NCBI GenBank assembly: GCA_965198235.1
Contig: OZ240248.1
Location: 416,001 to 480,000 of the forward strand
Source: Candidatus Poribacteria bacterium
GTDB taxonomy: Bacteria; Poribacteria; WGA-4E; WGA-3G
Length of the DNA: 64,000 nucleotides
Reading direction: 5' to 3'
Under the pieces are notes generated by a model. The model was not told the origin of the DNA and ran no database searches. It saw nothing but the letters and a program-made list of their open reading frames with translations. Shown piece by piece: positions 29,706 through 40,006 of the stretch. Positions within the stretch are counted from its first letter, which is position 1. The number at the start of each line of letters is the position of its first letter. Made by a program: the position numbers and the translations under genes.

Positions 29706-31733
29706 CTAACGGCGGTTCGGGATAAGACTTTCCGTTTCCGTTGGGAACTGGATAATCTCAGACGCGCTTTCTTCATCGCTTTCCGTCAGGAACGCCCGGT
29801 TCGGCTGATATGTTGGCACCAGTTCTTGGAATTTAGAAACGATACCTTCCAAATCCAGCACGTCGGCGAGTTGTGAGAGTTCCTCAATCTGGGAAAGGAG
29901 CTGACGTTCCTCTATCTGCTCCAACTGTGCGACGAAAATACGCTGGTGTTTCGTTGCTGTAACGCCTTCTTGAGGGGTCAAGAGTTCCTCGTACAACTTT
30001 TCGCCCGGCTCTAAACCTGTAAATTCGATTTTGATGTCCGTGTCGACTTCAAGCCCGGAAAGGCGGATGAGGTCTTGGGCGAGGTCAAGAATTTTAATGG
30101 GTTCACCCATGTCTAACATCAGAATTTCGCCGCCGTTTCCCATAGCCCCTGCTTGTATGAGGAGTTGCACAGCTTCTGGAATTGTCATGAAGTAGCGTGT
30201 CGCTTCGCGATGTGTGACGGTGACGGGACCGCCTTTGGCGATCTGCCGTTTGAAATTGGGGATTACACTTGCACGACTTCCGATAACGTTTCCGAAGCGG
30301 ACTGCGATAAATCGGGTGCCGTTCTGCTTTGCTTTGCACTGAACTAATTTCTCCGTCACACGTTTGGAGGCACCGTAAACGCTCGTTGGGTTTACGGCTT
30401 TATCCGATGAGACGAGTATGAAAGCCTCTACTTCATGTTTGATTGCGGCATTGATGAGGTTTTGAGTGCCAAGTATGTTGTTTTTGACGGCTTCATCGGG
30501 ATGGTTTTCCATGAATTTAACATGCTTATGTGCAGCAGCGTGGAAAATAATATCGGGGCGATATTTGCGTGTAACTTGCGAAACTTTCGCATTATCTCGA
30601 ATGTCGCCGATAACTAAAGCGCGATTGAGTTGCGGTTCGGACTCCCGGAGTTCTATATCTGTATGGTAGAGGCTGTTTTCACCGCGCCCGAAGAGAATAA
30701 GGAGTTCCGGGTTCAGTTTCGCTACTTGGCGACAGAGTTCAGAACCGATTGAGCCGCCTGCTCCGGTTACCATCACGCGTTTTCCTGAGAGATGTTTAGA
30801 GACCTCAGCGAGGTCCATTTGCGAGGTAGACCGATTCAGAAGGTCCTCAAATCGGACTTCCCGGATCTGACTGACGCTGGCTCGCCCTTCAAGGATGGCA
30901 TGAATGTTGGGGACGATTTTAAACTGACATCCGCGGTATTCGCACTGTCGGATAATATCACGAATTTTGCCGCCTGGTGCTGAAGGGATAGCGATAACGA
31001 CCTCATCAATCTCGCGCTTGCGTGTGATATAGGTTAAGTCGCGGGTGGTCCCCAATACTTCAAGTCCTGCGACGCTTCTGTCCACTTTGTGTGGTGCATC
31101 GTCAATAAAGCCGATTGGCACGTAGCCTTTTTCAGGATGGTTTCTAAGCGCGCGGAGCACACCGATACCTGTTTCACCTGCCCCAACAATAAGGACTTTT
31201 GTTGGCAGTTTTTGTCTGGGCGGTTGCGATTCGGAGTTTAGTCCTATTGGACCTTTATTCTTCTGGGATCTCCTGTGTACCGACTGTTTATCTTGCTGGA
31301 GGATTTGCACGGAGAATTTGGTAAACCCGATGAGTGCGAAGTTATAAAATCCGTCAATTAAGAAGAGGACCCAGGCGATTTTCAATAGCATGGAAAGCCC
31401 AATGAGCCCTACAGTCGCGACTATAATCGCGGTTGCCAACGCGCGGAATTCTTTAGCAGCGGCATATTGCCATATCGGTTTGTATAGATTGAAAGCTAAC
31501 AAGAAACCGATACGGACTATCGTAACGACAGCGGCGGCACCGAGCCCGATAACATGCTGTGGCTGGAGAGGGGATAAGTCTGCACTCTGGAGTATAGCGA
31601 AGAGTGGTGCGGGTTGTTCTAAAAAATCAAAACCGAATTGCCTGCTGGTCAGGTAAGCGAACAGAAACGCGAGATTGACGAGAAGTACATCAACAACAAT
31701 TGTAAAACTCCACTTTATTTTGGATTTATCCAT
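29706..31733 (-). CDS. Nucleoside-diphosphate sugar 4,6-dehydratase (CapD/PglF type)
   Basis: TM N-terminus, GAGGSIGSELC, HAAAHKHV, SSDKAVNP, RFGNV, TRYFM. Confidence 0.93.
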   Translation of the reverse strand: MDKSKIKWSFTIVVDVLLVNLAFLFAYLTSRQFGFDFLEQPAPLFAILQSADLSPLQPQHVIGLGAAAVVTIVRIGFLLAFNLYKPIWQYAAAKEFRALATAIIVATVGLIGLSMLLKIAWVLFLIDGFYNFALIGFTKFSVQILQQDKQSVHRRSQKNKGPIGLNSESQPPRQKLPTKVLIVGAGETGIGVLRALRNHPEKGYVPIGFIDDAPHKVDRSVAGLEVLGTTRDLTYITRKREIDEVVIAIPSAPGGKIRDIIRQCEYRGCQFKIVPNIHAILEGRASVSQIREVRFEDLLNRSTSQMDLAEVSKHLSGKRVMVTGAGGSIGSELCRQVAKLNPELLILFGRGENSLYHTDIELRESEPQLNRALVIGDIRDNAKVSQVTRKYRPDIIFHAAAHKHVKFMENHPDEAVKNNILGTQNLINAAIKHEVEAFILVSSDKAVNPTSVYGASKRVTEKLVQCKAKQNGTRFIAVRFGNVIGSRASVIPNFKRQIAKGGPVTVTHREATRYFMTIPEAVQLLIQAGAMGNGGEILMLDMGEPIKILDLAQDLIRLSGLEVDTDIKIEFTGLEPGEKLYEELLTPQEGVTATKHQRIFVAQLEQIEERQLLSQIEELSQLADVLDLEGIVSKFQELVPTYQPNRAFLTESDEESASEIIQFPTETESLIPNRR

Positions 31734-31816
31734 ATTCCCTCCTCAAGGGTTTTTAACGATTGGGTTTTCGCTCGATTTTCTCCGTTGAAAACCGGTTTCC
31801 ACCTGGATTAGTAGCT

Positions 31817-33067
31817 TCACGGGGCAGATTGCGGTTCGGTTTTGAAGTTCGGTGTATGAACTGCCTGTGCATATACATGCTTTAAACGTTCCCCGATCGC
31901 CTCCCAACTATAATTGGTTTCGACGCGAGTTCTGGCGGTTTGTGCGAGGGTCTGTCGCAAATGCTCATTATTGAGTAAATGAATGACATGTTTTGCAAAG
32001 CCAGCGGGTGTATCGGCGACAAGTAATTCTTCACCGATATCTGCCTCTAACCCCATTGCGCCGACGGAGGTTGTGACGACTGGTACCCCCATTGCCATTG
32101 CCTCTAAGTTTTTTGTTTGTATGCCTGACCCGGCACGTAAAGGGGCAACAAAAACAGATGCCTTTTCAAAATAGGGACGGACATCCGGGACATAACCCGT
32201 GACGACTACACCGTCCTGTGTTTCAAGCCGCTTTACCTGATCCGATGGATGGTTGCCTACTATATAAAACTGCGCGTTCGGATGATTTTCTCGGATACGT
32301 GGAAAAATCTCATTACAAAAATAGATCGCAGCATCCGAGTTCGGAAAATAGTTCATCGTTCCGGTAAAGAGCATCAGCGGTGAGGACTGCGCTATCGGCT
32401 TGGGTTGAAAATACCCGAGATCGACCCCCATTGGAACTATCAACAGATTTAGAGTGTCGTCCTGCTTCAGGAGATAGTCTCGATCGAAGCGTGCGACAAC
32501 AGTGCCACAGTCAAAAGCCTTCATAATGTTGACTTCGTAACGCCGTACCCGCTTTTCTTCTAATTTTACCAAAAAACGCTTTGGAGTGCAATCTAATTTA
32601 ATTTTCGCAAGCCAAGGATTGCTTTCAAGTTCGGCGCGGCGGCTGAGATTCAGTGCCAATGAATCACACAAATCTAAGACTTTGGTGGGACCTTGGACTT
32701 CTGTCACGTATTGTCCCATTCGAAATAGTTGTGCGTGAATCAGTTCAAAGTCCTCTTGTTCGAGGAGTTGGTTAATTTTCCGTTGCATCTGGGGTGCGTA
32801 CCAGTAATGCAGCTGAAGGGGACGACGCGATAAGCAGTGGATCCCTGTATTCATGAAGGCAAAAGAACGATGGAAACGGACCCACTCTACGCGTTCACAA
32901 AAAGGTTCTAAATGCTTCGCGGATTCAATATCGCTTTCAGACTCAGCAAAGTAAACGAGGGTTACGGCATGTTGTTTCGAAAGCTGCTTGATAAAATTGT
33001 AAGACCGGATCCGATCGCCTCGATGCGGTGGATACGGACACCGGAGGCTTAAAAATAGAATTTTCAT
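31817..33067 (-). CDS. Glycosyltransferase family 4
   Basis: PYPPHRGDRIR, GSGIQTKNLEAMAMGVPVV. Confidence 0.88.
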   Translation of the reverse strand: MKILFLSLRCPYPPHRGDRIRSYNFIKQLSKQHAVTLVYFAESESDIESAKHLEPFCERVEWVRFHRSFAFMNTGIHCLSRRPLQLHYWYAPQMQRKINQLLEQEDFELIHAQLFRMGQYVTEVQGPTKVLDLCDSLALNLSRRAELESNPWLAKIKLDCTPKRFLVKLEEKRVRRYEVNIMKAFDCGTVVARFDRDYLLKQDDTLNLLIVPMGVDLGYFQPKPIAQSSPLMLFTGTMNYFPNSDAAIYFCNEIFPRIRENHPNAQFYIVGNHPSDQVKRLETQDGVVVTGYVPDVRPYFEKASVFVAPLRAGSGIQTKNLEAMAMGVPVVTTSVGAMGLEADIGEELLVADTPAGFAKHVIHLLNNEHLRQTLAQTARTRVETNYSWEAIGERLKHVYAQAVHTPNFKTEPQSAP

Positions 33068-33194
33068 TCTTTTTTTTTATTATTGGCCTTCGCGCTGCCC
33101 TCCATTACATTTCGGGCAGGTTTCTGATTATCCCAACTACCTTAACCTGAAACCCTCGTAAAACGTAATGGAACAAGGAGCGAAGGTCAATTGT

Positions 33195-33392
33195 TTAAAG
33201 TCCGTCGGGCAATTCCGCTTCATCGATCAGCATTACTGGGATGCCTTCACGGATCGGATAGCGACGCTGACACTCGCCGACACACACCAGTTTCTGTGCT
33301 GCTTCATCGTGTTCTATCTCACCTTTACATGCTGGACATGCGAGAATGTCAAGTAGCGTTTTTGAGAGTGTATATGCGTTTTCCGAGTTCAA
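33195..33392 (-). CDS. Trm112-family (YcaR) protein
   Basis: LLDILACPACKG...YPIREGIPVML; TTG start inferred. Confidence 0.85.
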   Translation of the reverse strand: MNSENAYTLSKTLLDILACPACKGEIEHDEAAQKLVCVGECQRRYPIREGIPVMLIDEAELPDGL

Positions 33393-33410
33393 ACTTTTAA
33401 TTATTCCTTG

Positions 33411-33645
33411 CGGTTCGGTGAGGTAGGTTGAATGACCAACGATCCTCTCCGTAGATCCGCCCTCCATTTCATTACGGGCTACAACTTTGAACCTTAATCG
33501 ATTGACACAACTCTACGGTTCGGTGAGGTAGGTTGAATGACCAACGATCCTCTCCGTAGATCTGAAGAAACACCCAAGCAAAAACCCCTCCATTTCATTA
33601 CAGGCTACAACTTTGAACCTTAATCGATTGACACAACTCTACGGT
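33411..33645. repeat. Tandem duplication (105-bp unit) of the GTAGCCCGTAA element; second copy 21 bp longer
   Basis: Units start at 33411 and 33516. Confidence 0.85.
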
Positions 33646-36466
33646 GTGAAGTCTTAGCCACCGTGGCATCTCTTATATTTCTTGCCGCTCTCTTATATTT
33701 CTTGCCGCTTCCACAAGGACAGGGTGCGTTTCTACCGACCTTAGGCGTGTTCCCCATTGCCTGTTGTGAAGCAAATTCGGCATCATCGCTGGTTGCGGCT
33801 GCGGTGCTGCCTTGAGGGTGCCTCGGCTGTGGTCTACGCTGTCTACCCGTTCGCCGACTGGGGACTCTGCGCGGTGCCTCGGTATTGACGCGAGATTTGA
33901 AGATGAACTCACTGACCTGCTCTTCAATCTGTTGATACATACTTTCAAAGACAGAGAGTGCTTCGTTTTTGAAAACGACGATCGGGTCTTTGCCGCCGTA
34001 TCCTGCGCCGAACCGAATACCTTCCTCAATATAGTCGATGTTATGGAGGTGTTCTTTCCAGTGGTCATCAATTCTATCCAAAAGGAGTAAGCGTTCGAGG
34101 ACGCGCATCATCTCTGGACCCATTTCGGCTTCGCGTTCTTCATAAGCGGCACGCAACGTCTCTAACGTCTGTTCTTGAACTTCCTCTGGACTTGCCTGTG
34201 CCAAGGGCGTTTTCCAAAGTGGCTCGATTGGGAATGTGGTCGTCAACCACTGCTGAAACCTGTCGGGGGTTTCAAGGGGACTTCCTGCTTTTTCTCCCAT
34301 ATTGTCCTCAATTGCATCTCTGACGACCCTCTCAATCATCCCCCAAATTGTCGTTTTCAGGGAGGCAGGAGTTTTAGTGTCCTTTTCAGCGAGTGCGGCG
34401 AGTCCACCATCTTCTGCTGTACCCTCGTGTTCTGGTAATTCGACGACATCTGTGGCGGAAGCGAGGACGGTGTCACGCAAGGTGTAGATGGTGTCGCGCT
34501 GTGTATCCATAACATCATCAAACTTGAGGAGATTTTTGCGGATTTCAAAGTACATCTGTTCAACACGCGTCTGTGCTTTCTCAATGGATTTGGTGACCCA
34601 CGGGTGTTCTAATGGGACATCATCATCCATTCCGACGCGTGTCATTAACCCTTGTAAACGTTCAGAACCGAATTTTCGCATCAATTCGTCTTCAAGGGAG
34701 AGGTAGAATCGAGATGAGCCTGGATCTCCTTGTCTACCGGAGCGTCCACGGAGTTGGTTATCAATACGTCGGGACTCGTGGCGTTCAGTGCCGATAATAT
34801 GGAGACCGCCGGCGGTTAATACCTTCTCTTTGTTTTTGTCGCAAATGGCTTGCGCTTCTGCAAGAGCTGCCTGAAATTCTTCGGACTCCGGGGACAGTGC
34901 CTCTGTCTTCGCTTTCTGTTTCCGCAGCGTTTCGATTGCCATACCTTCGGGGTTACCGCCAAGGAGAATGTCTACACCTCTACCTGCCATATTCGTTGCG
35001 ATTGTTACCGCACCGGGGACACCTGCTTGCGCGATGATATCGGCTTCGCGCGTGTGTTCCTTAGCGTTCAAAACCTGATGTCGGATTTTTCGGTGTTTGG
35101 TTCTGAGCATTTTGCTCAATTTCTCGGAATTTTCAATCGAAATAGTGCCGACAAGGACTGGACATCCCATTTCGGTCTGTTCGACGATATCTTGTAAGAC
35201 GGCGTTGTATTTTGCGTCCTCGGTACTGTAAATTTGGTCGGGATGGTCCATCCGGATCATAGGTTCGTTGGTAGGGATGACAGAGACCTCTAATCCGTAG
35301 ATGTGTGCGAATTCGTTCGCTTCAGTCGCGGCGGTACCCGTCATACCTGCAAGTTTGTCGTACATGCGGAAGTAATTTTGGTAGGTAATCTTAGCACCGG
35401 TTTCACTTTCCTCGACGACTTTAACACGTTCCTTTGCCTCGATTGCTTGATGGAGTCCTTCGCTGAGCCGTCTTCCGATCTGCTTTCGTCCTGTGAATTC
35501 GTCAACGAGAAGGACTTCGCCGTTTTCGACGAGATAATCGACATCGCTTTTATAGAGATGGTGCGCAGTGAGTGCTTGATTGACGTGATGCACCATAGCG
35601 ATGTTGGTATGTTCATAGAGGTTCCCCACGCCGAGACGACGTTCGACTTCCTCAACGCCTTCATCGGTAAGGGTTACACTGCCTCGCGATTTCCCCTCTT
35701 GGTCGATTTGGAAGTGTTCGCTTTCTCGGAGCTGTGCGACGACGCTGTTAATTTGCCTGTAGAGATCAGGGGGTTTACCGGAGGGTTCTGAGATGATGAG
35801 CGGCGTTCGGGATTCATCAATGAGGATGCTGTCAACTTCGTCAAGGATGGCGTAGACATGCCCGCGCTGTACTTTATCTTCAATTGAGAGTGATTTGTTG
35901 TCCCAGAGGTAATCGAATCCAAATTCGCTGTGAACGCCGTAAATGATGTCTGCCTTGTATCCGAGCCTTTTCTGTTCCTTCGGCATTAAGCTGAGCGTCA
36001 ATCCAACAGAGAGTCCGAGGAAGTTGTAAATCTTGCCCATCCATTCGGCATCACGGCGTGCGAGATAGTCATTGACGGTAGCGAGATGCACCCCTTTTCC
36101 AGTCAATGCGTTTAGATAGATGGCGAGGGTTGAGGTGAGCGTTTTGCCTTCACCTGTTCGCATCTCTGCGATGGTACCTTGGTGGAGCGCGATGCCTCCC
36201 ATAATTTGGACATCGTAGTGTCGCTGTTTTAAGGTTCGCACGGCGGCTTCACGGACGACAGCGAAAGCATCAGGTAAGAGATCATCAAGCGATGCACCGG
36301 CATCCAGCTGTCGACGAAATTCGGGGGTTTTGGATTGCAGTTGTGCGTCGGTGAGTTTTTTGTTTTCAGGTTCGCGCTGGTTGACAGCTTCGACGATGTC
36401 ACGAAACTTTTTGACATCGCGGTCCTCTTTACTACCGAAGACTTTAGTTATCATTTTTTGGAACAT
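33620..36466 (-). CDS. secA: Preprotein translocase subunit SecA (C-terminus frameshifted)
   Basis: MRTGEGKT, DEVD, TNMAGRG, RIDNQLRGRSGRQGDPG, GRNAPCPCGSGKKYK. Confidence 0.97.
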   Translation of the reverse strand: MFQKMITKVFGSKEDRDVKKFRDIVEAVNQREPENKKLTDAQLQSKTPEFRRQLDAGASLDDLLPDAFAVVREAAVRTLKQRHYDVQIMGGIALHQGTIAEMRTGEGKTLTSTLAIYLNALTGKGVHLATVNDYLARRDAEWMGKIYNFLGLSVGLTLSLMPKEQKRLGYKADIIYGVHSEFGFDYLWDNKSLSIEDKVQRGHVYAILDEVDSILIDESRTPLIISEPSGKPPDLYRQINSVVAQLRESEHFQIDQEGKSRGSVTLTDEGVEEVERRLGVGNLYEHTNIAMVHHVNQALTAHHLYKSDVDYLVENGEVLLVDEFTGRKQIGRRLSEGLHQAIEAKERVKVVEESETGAKITYQNYFRMYDKLAGMTGTAATEANEFAHIYGLEVSVIPTNEPMIRMDHPDQIYSTEDAKYNAVLQDIVEQTEMGCPVLVGTISIENSEKLSKMLRTKHRKIRHQVLNAKEHTREADIIAQAGVPGAVTIATNMAGRGVDILLGGNPEGMAIETLRKQKAKTEALSPESEEFQAALAEAQAICDKNKEKVLTAGGLHIIGTERHESRRIDNQLRGRSGRQGDPGSSRFYLSLEDELMRKFGSERLQGLMTRVGMDDDVPLEHPWVTKSIEKAQTRVEQMYFEIRKNLLKFDDVMDTQRDTIYTLRDTVLASATDVVELPEHEGTAEDGGLAALAEKDTKTPASLKTTIWGMIERVVRDAIEDNMGEKAGSPLETPDRFQQWLTTTFPIEPLWKTPLAQASPEEVQEQTLETLRAAYEEREAEMGPEMMRVLERLLLLDRIDDHWKEHLHNIDYIEEGIRFGAGYGGKDPIVVFKNEALSVFESMYQQIEEQVSEFIFKSRVNTEAPRRVPSRRTGRQRRPQPRHPQGSTAAATSDDAEFASQQAMGNTPKVGRNAPCPCGSGKKYKRAARNIRDATVAKTSHRRVVSID

Positions 36467-36543
36467 TTTTTTACCTATTTGCTCCTTGCCACCTTTCACG
36501 TTGTGAAAGGTGGTATATCTCTAAGTCATGATGGACTTGGTAT

Positions 36544-37671
36544 TTATGCCTCGTTCGTTCCCGTCAATTGCGAGCCGAGTGGCTCTAACAAATTTTGTCC
36601 GTCGAGTTTCTTTCGCACTATCGTATAAATTACCGTGTTTCCGGCGGAGGCGATTGAAAACAGGTATGCAATTACCAACCCTGCACCCATGAGGAGTGTG
36701 ATCGTCAGAAAGATAGCGGTCACTGGAGTCGTAACCGTCGCTATCCCTGTCAGTGTCGGCATTTGATCACTTGTACCGGTGTTGAAGACCCCAAGATTAT
36801 TAATATAGGGCAATGTCGCTATCTTTTCGACAGCTCCGCCGAGCCATAAGTTCGCGTAGCCCATGAATTGCTGCATCGCTTCGGTGTGGAAGAGGCGCGT
36901 CGGGAGCATCACGATTGAAAAACCTGCGAGGCAAAAGAATGCCCAAATGGGCACGAAAATCAATTTGATAAGGAGCAACATCGCCTCATAACACACTAAC
37001 AGCCAAGGTTTGTTCCAAATGATTGCGAATTGCTGATAAATTATTTCAAATGCATCGGCACCTGTCGTTGCGGCAACGGCTGGCACAAAGAGCAAACTGG
37101 CACTGAAAACGATCGCCATGAACGCCATCAGAAGACCGAGGAAAAATCCTATCGGCATGAGCAGTGAGGTGAGCATGAGGAACGGTTTTCCCACTGCTGG
37201 TAACTTCGCGATCCCCGCGATGCCGATAGGGACTATCGCGAGAAATATCTGGATGAGAAGTAAGCCGATGAATGCACCCAAAACGGATTTCCAATGTCCC
37301 TTGAGGAAGGTTAAGGCATCCCCGACCGAAAAGAAGAAATCCCCACGGAGCTGCTCGATGGTGATTTTGGAAGCCACGGTGCTTGCCAAGAAGAAGATGC
37401 ACGCGAAACTGACCATTCCTATCCACATTGCGATTTCAGTTGTCTGCGTAAGTCCTGCATCACCGAAGGGAGGTAGCGGTAGGAGTGCATACTTGTTCCA
37501 AAAGTCCTGCACGCCGGTGCCTCCTACAATGACGAGGCTGAGATATACCAAAGTTTCGTAAATTAAATATGCGAGAACGAGTCCGATGAAATGAACTGCG
37601 ATCTTTCGTCCACTGAATCCGTAGCGGATAACTTGGAAAATATCTCTGAAATCGAAGTAGCGTTTTTTCAT
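36544..37671 (-). CDS. Multi-pass membrane protein of unknown function
   Basis: 375-aa ORF with several hydrophobic helices. Confidence 0.75.
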   Translation of the reverse strand: MKKRYFDFRDIFQVIRYGFSGRKIAVHFIGLVLAYLIYETLVYLSLVIVGGTGVQDFWNKYALLPLPPFGDAGLTQTTEIAMWIGMVSFACIFFLASTVASKITIEQLRGDFFFSVGDALTFLKGHWKSVLGAFIGLLLIQIFLAIVPIGIAGIAKLPAVGKPFLMLTSLLMPIGFFLGLLMAFMAIVFSASLLFVPAVAATTGADAFEIIYQQFAIIWNKPWLLVCYEAMLLLIKLIFVPIWAFFCLAGFSIVMLPTRLFHTEAMQQFMGYANLWLGGAVEKIATLPYINNLGVFNTGTSDQMPTLTGIATVTTPVTAIFLTITLLMGAGLVIAYLFSIASAGNTVIYTIVRKKLDGQNLLEPLGSQLTGTNEA

Positions 37672-37862
37672 GAAGGGGTTCTTCTGCTTTTTTGCGTGTT
37701 CTTGTATTTAATGATACGACAATTTGGGGTATTTTGTCAAGTGTTTCTCTGGTTGTTAGTTATCAGAAGAATAGCAGTCAGCCATCAGCAGTCAGCAGAA
37801 TGGCAGTCAGCCATCAGGGTCAGTAAGAGTCGGGATTCGGATATCCCTCCTACCGTTAGCAA

Positions 37863-38573
37863 TCAGTGGGAGACGACTTTGGCGGTAACGGGGAGGGTCA
37901 GTGTTCGCTCGTTAGGAAAAGCCACAGTGAGCAGCGAGGAAAAGAGTCCTCTGTCTTTCAGGGGACCGAGTTGGACTGTAATGAGAGAGGTAGCTGTTCC
38001 CAGATCGGGGGTTATCTCCCATGTGAGTGCTTCATGTCCCGATGGTAGAAGACGGATGTCCGATGTGCGGAGTGGGGCATTCACAGTGAGTTTGATGGTC
38101 TTTTGATGCATCGTTTCGGGTCGGATGTTCCCAAACTCGCAAACGTTCGGAGTGAGTGTCGCAAATCGTTTCGCTGTGGCGACAATTGTAAGATAAACAA
38201 TCGGGGTCTTAGGGCTGTCTGTGAAGATGGTGGCGGTTGCCGAGGTCTCGTCATCGGGCAGGATTTCTGGGTTGAGGACTATTTGGAACGTGCCTTCTGT
38301 ATCCGGTGGGATTACCTCTGGTCCTGTGATTTCGGCGTAACTGCACCCTGTGTGAACTCTTTGGATGTGGAGTGGATGTTTGCCTATGTTTCGTGCTGTT
38401 AGGGATCGTGTTACAGGTCCTTCCCATTCCGGGAGCGTTCCGAAGTGAACCTGTTGCTGCGTCAGGACGAGTTCGGCTGGAGAGGCTTGCCGGTTGTTGA
38501 TGAGGAAAACAATAAGTCCAGAGACCAGCAGTATGGGAACGATGATGGTTGTGAGGATTGTGCGCTTGGACAT
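37863..38573 (-). CDS. DUF1573-domain (Ig-like) exported protein
   Basis: N-terminal TM; HFG...NIGKHPLHI..V.TGCS...IPP. Confidence 0.75.
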   Translation of the reverse strand: MSKRTILTTIIVPILLVSGLIVFLINNRQASPAELVLTQQQVHFGTLPEWEGPVTRSLTARNIGKHPLHIQRVHTGCSYAEITGPEVIPPDTEGTFQIVLNPEILPDDETSATATIFTDSPKTPIVYLTIVATAKRFATLTPNVCEFGNIRPETMHQKTIKLTVNAPLRTSDIRLLPSGHEALTWEITPDLGTATSLITVQLGPLKDRGLFSSLLTVAFPNERTLTLPVTAKVVSH

Positions 38574-39022
38574 AATTTGGCCTCGTCCTTTTGATGTATG
38601 ATAATATATTTAATCTGAAGATGCAAATTTATTTTTTATTTCGGAAACCTCGTCAGCGGCAGGACGCAGGGAAGAGGCGAGGTTGGGGAACCTCGCCAGC
38701 GGGGAGGTAGCGTGTTTTTTGTCTGAATCACGGACTGACGCGGATTACGCAGATTTCGCGGATTTTTTATTAGGCATCAGCGGCCGGTGATGGAATGTGC
38801 GGTGGTTGTCTGAACCAAGATTTACAGGATTTTCGGATTTGCAGGATTATAGAACTTTCTTGATTGAAAATTGTCCTTTATAGGATTACCTAAATATTTT
38901 ATTAAACTTCATCTGGAGTGCGACTAATCGTTCGTTGGGCGATTCAGGGATGGGAGCGGAGTGTCTGTGAGTTTTGGGTTTTGCTTGACTTTGGGTGCGT
39001 TATGTTCTATACTAATGTATAG

Positions 39023-39184
39023 TAGGACTTACGCAATTTTTCTATGAGCACCTCCGTATGACGCGCCGCTGGCGAGGTGTTTTTGCTGGGGGTTTTTGCT
39101 TGGGGTTTTTGCTTGGGTGTTTCTGTGGATTTCTGCGGATTTCCCCTAGAAACCTCGCCAGCAATGGATGTTGCGTAAGCCCTG
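39023..39184. mobile_element. MITE (TAGGACTTACGCA ends) with nested GT-rich tract
   Basis: Inverted homologue of 1217-1342. Confidence 0.7.
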
Positions 39185-39229
39185 TCAAGCATAAATGTAA
39201 CTCAAATTGACGGTTTGAAGTGGAGGAGG

Positions 39230-39931
39230 TTATCTCTGCTTGAGTTGTCCCCATATTAGGGTTAATCTTATCTCTGAAGAGACGTTCAGTCCGGAGATGG
39301 TGAAGGAATCCGCCCATGCCGCGCCGACCCATTCGTTTGCGATGTTAATACCTTCCATGACGAAACCGAGAATTTCAATCTTATCGAAGTTTGCATCTTG
39401 GAATGCTGTACGGAGTTCGCCGTCTGCGAACAGCACGAAATGCCCTGAATTAAATTGGAGTTCCACCTTTGTGAGGACATCCGTTTCCCAGCGGGTGCGC
39501 GGTTCTCTGGAGAGCCGAGTTCGGAAGGGGTGACTGCTCCCTTTACCGTCGAAACGCCTCGCTCTGATTTCATCTGGGAAAAACACGTAGAAGAACGGAT
39601 CCTCTTCCGGGGTGTCCGGAAAACGGCGTCCCACACAAAAACCGAAACGTGTTTTGTCGCCACCAAAGTCGTTTATCGTGATTGTGAAGTTTCTGTAGGG
39701 TGGTGGGAGCGCGGTGAATTGGTAGAGTTCGTATTGCACATCCCATTCCCGCTTGACTTCTGCGTGTAAGAACCCGTCGCTGATTTTCCAGATGGAATCG
39801 TTTCCGACGACTCGCCACGCTTCGGGTTTTTTCGCATCGAAATCGTCGTGCCAGATCTCGGCGGAGGTGGAAAGGGTGCAGCTAATGAGCGTATAAAGAA
39901 GTATGAGGAGTGTTGTGTTTATGTTTGGCAT
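39230..39931 (-). CDS. Secreted beta-rich (possibly ConA-like) protein, paralog B1
   Basis: Signal peptide; W.D.F...W..VGNDS.W...DGFL; tail VSSEIRLTLIWGQLK. Confidence 0.8.
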   Translation of the reverse strand: MPNINTTLLILLYTLISCTLSTSAEIWHDDFDAKKPEAWRVVGNDSIWKISDGFLHAEVKREWDVQYELYQFTALPPPYRNFTITINDFGGDKTRFGFCVGRRFPDTPEEDPFFYVFFPDEIRARRFDGKGSSHPFRTRLSREPRTRWETDVLTKVELQFNSGHFVLFADGELRTAFQDANFDKIEILGFVMEGINIANEWVGAAWADSFTISGLNVSSEIRLTLIWGQLKQR

Positions 39932-40006
39932 GGGATAGTTTTCAGCAATCAGCCGTCAGCAATCAGTAAGAGTCGGGATTCGGAGATCCCTCCTACAAGT
40001 TGACGT

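Noticed and set aside
33411-33645. Possible mini-CRISPR
   Set aside because: It is a tandem duplication of a dispersed element with no unique spacers
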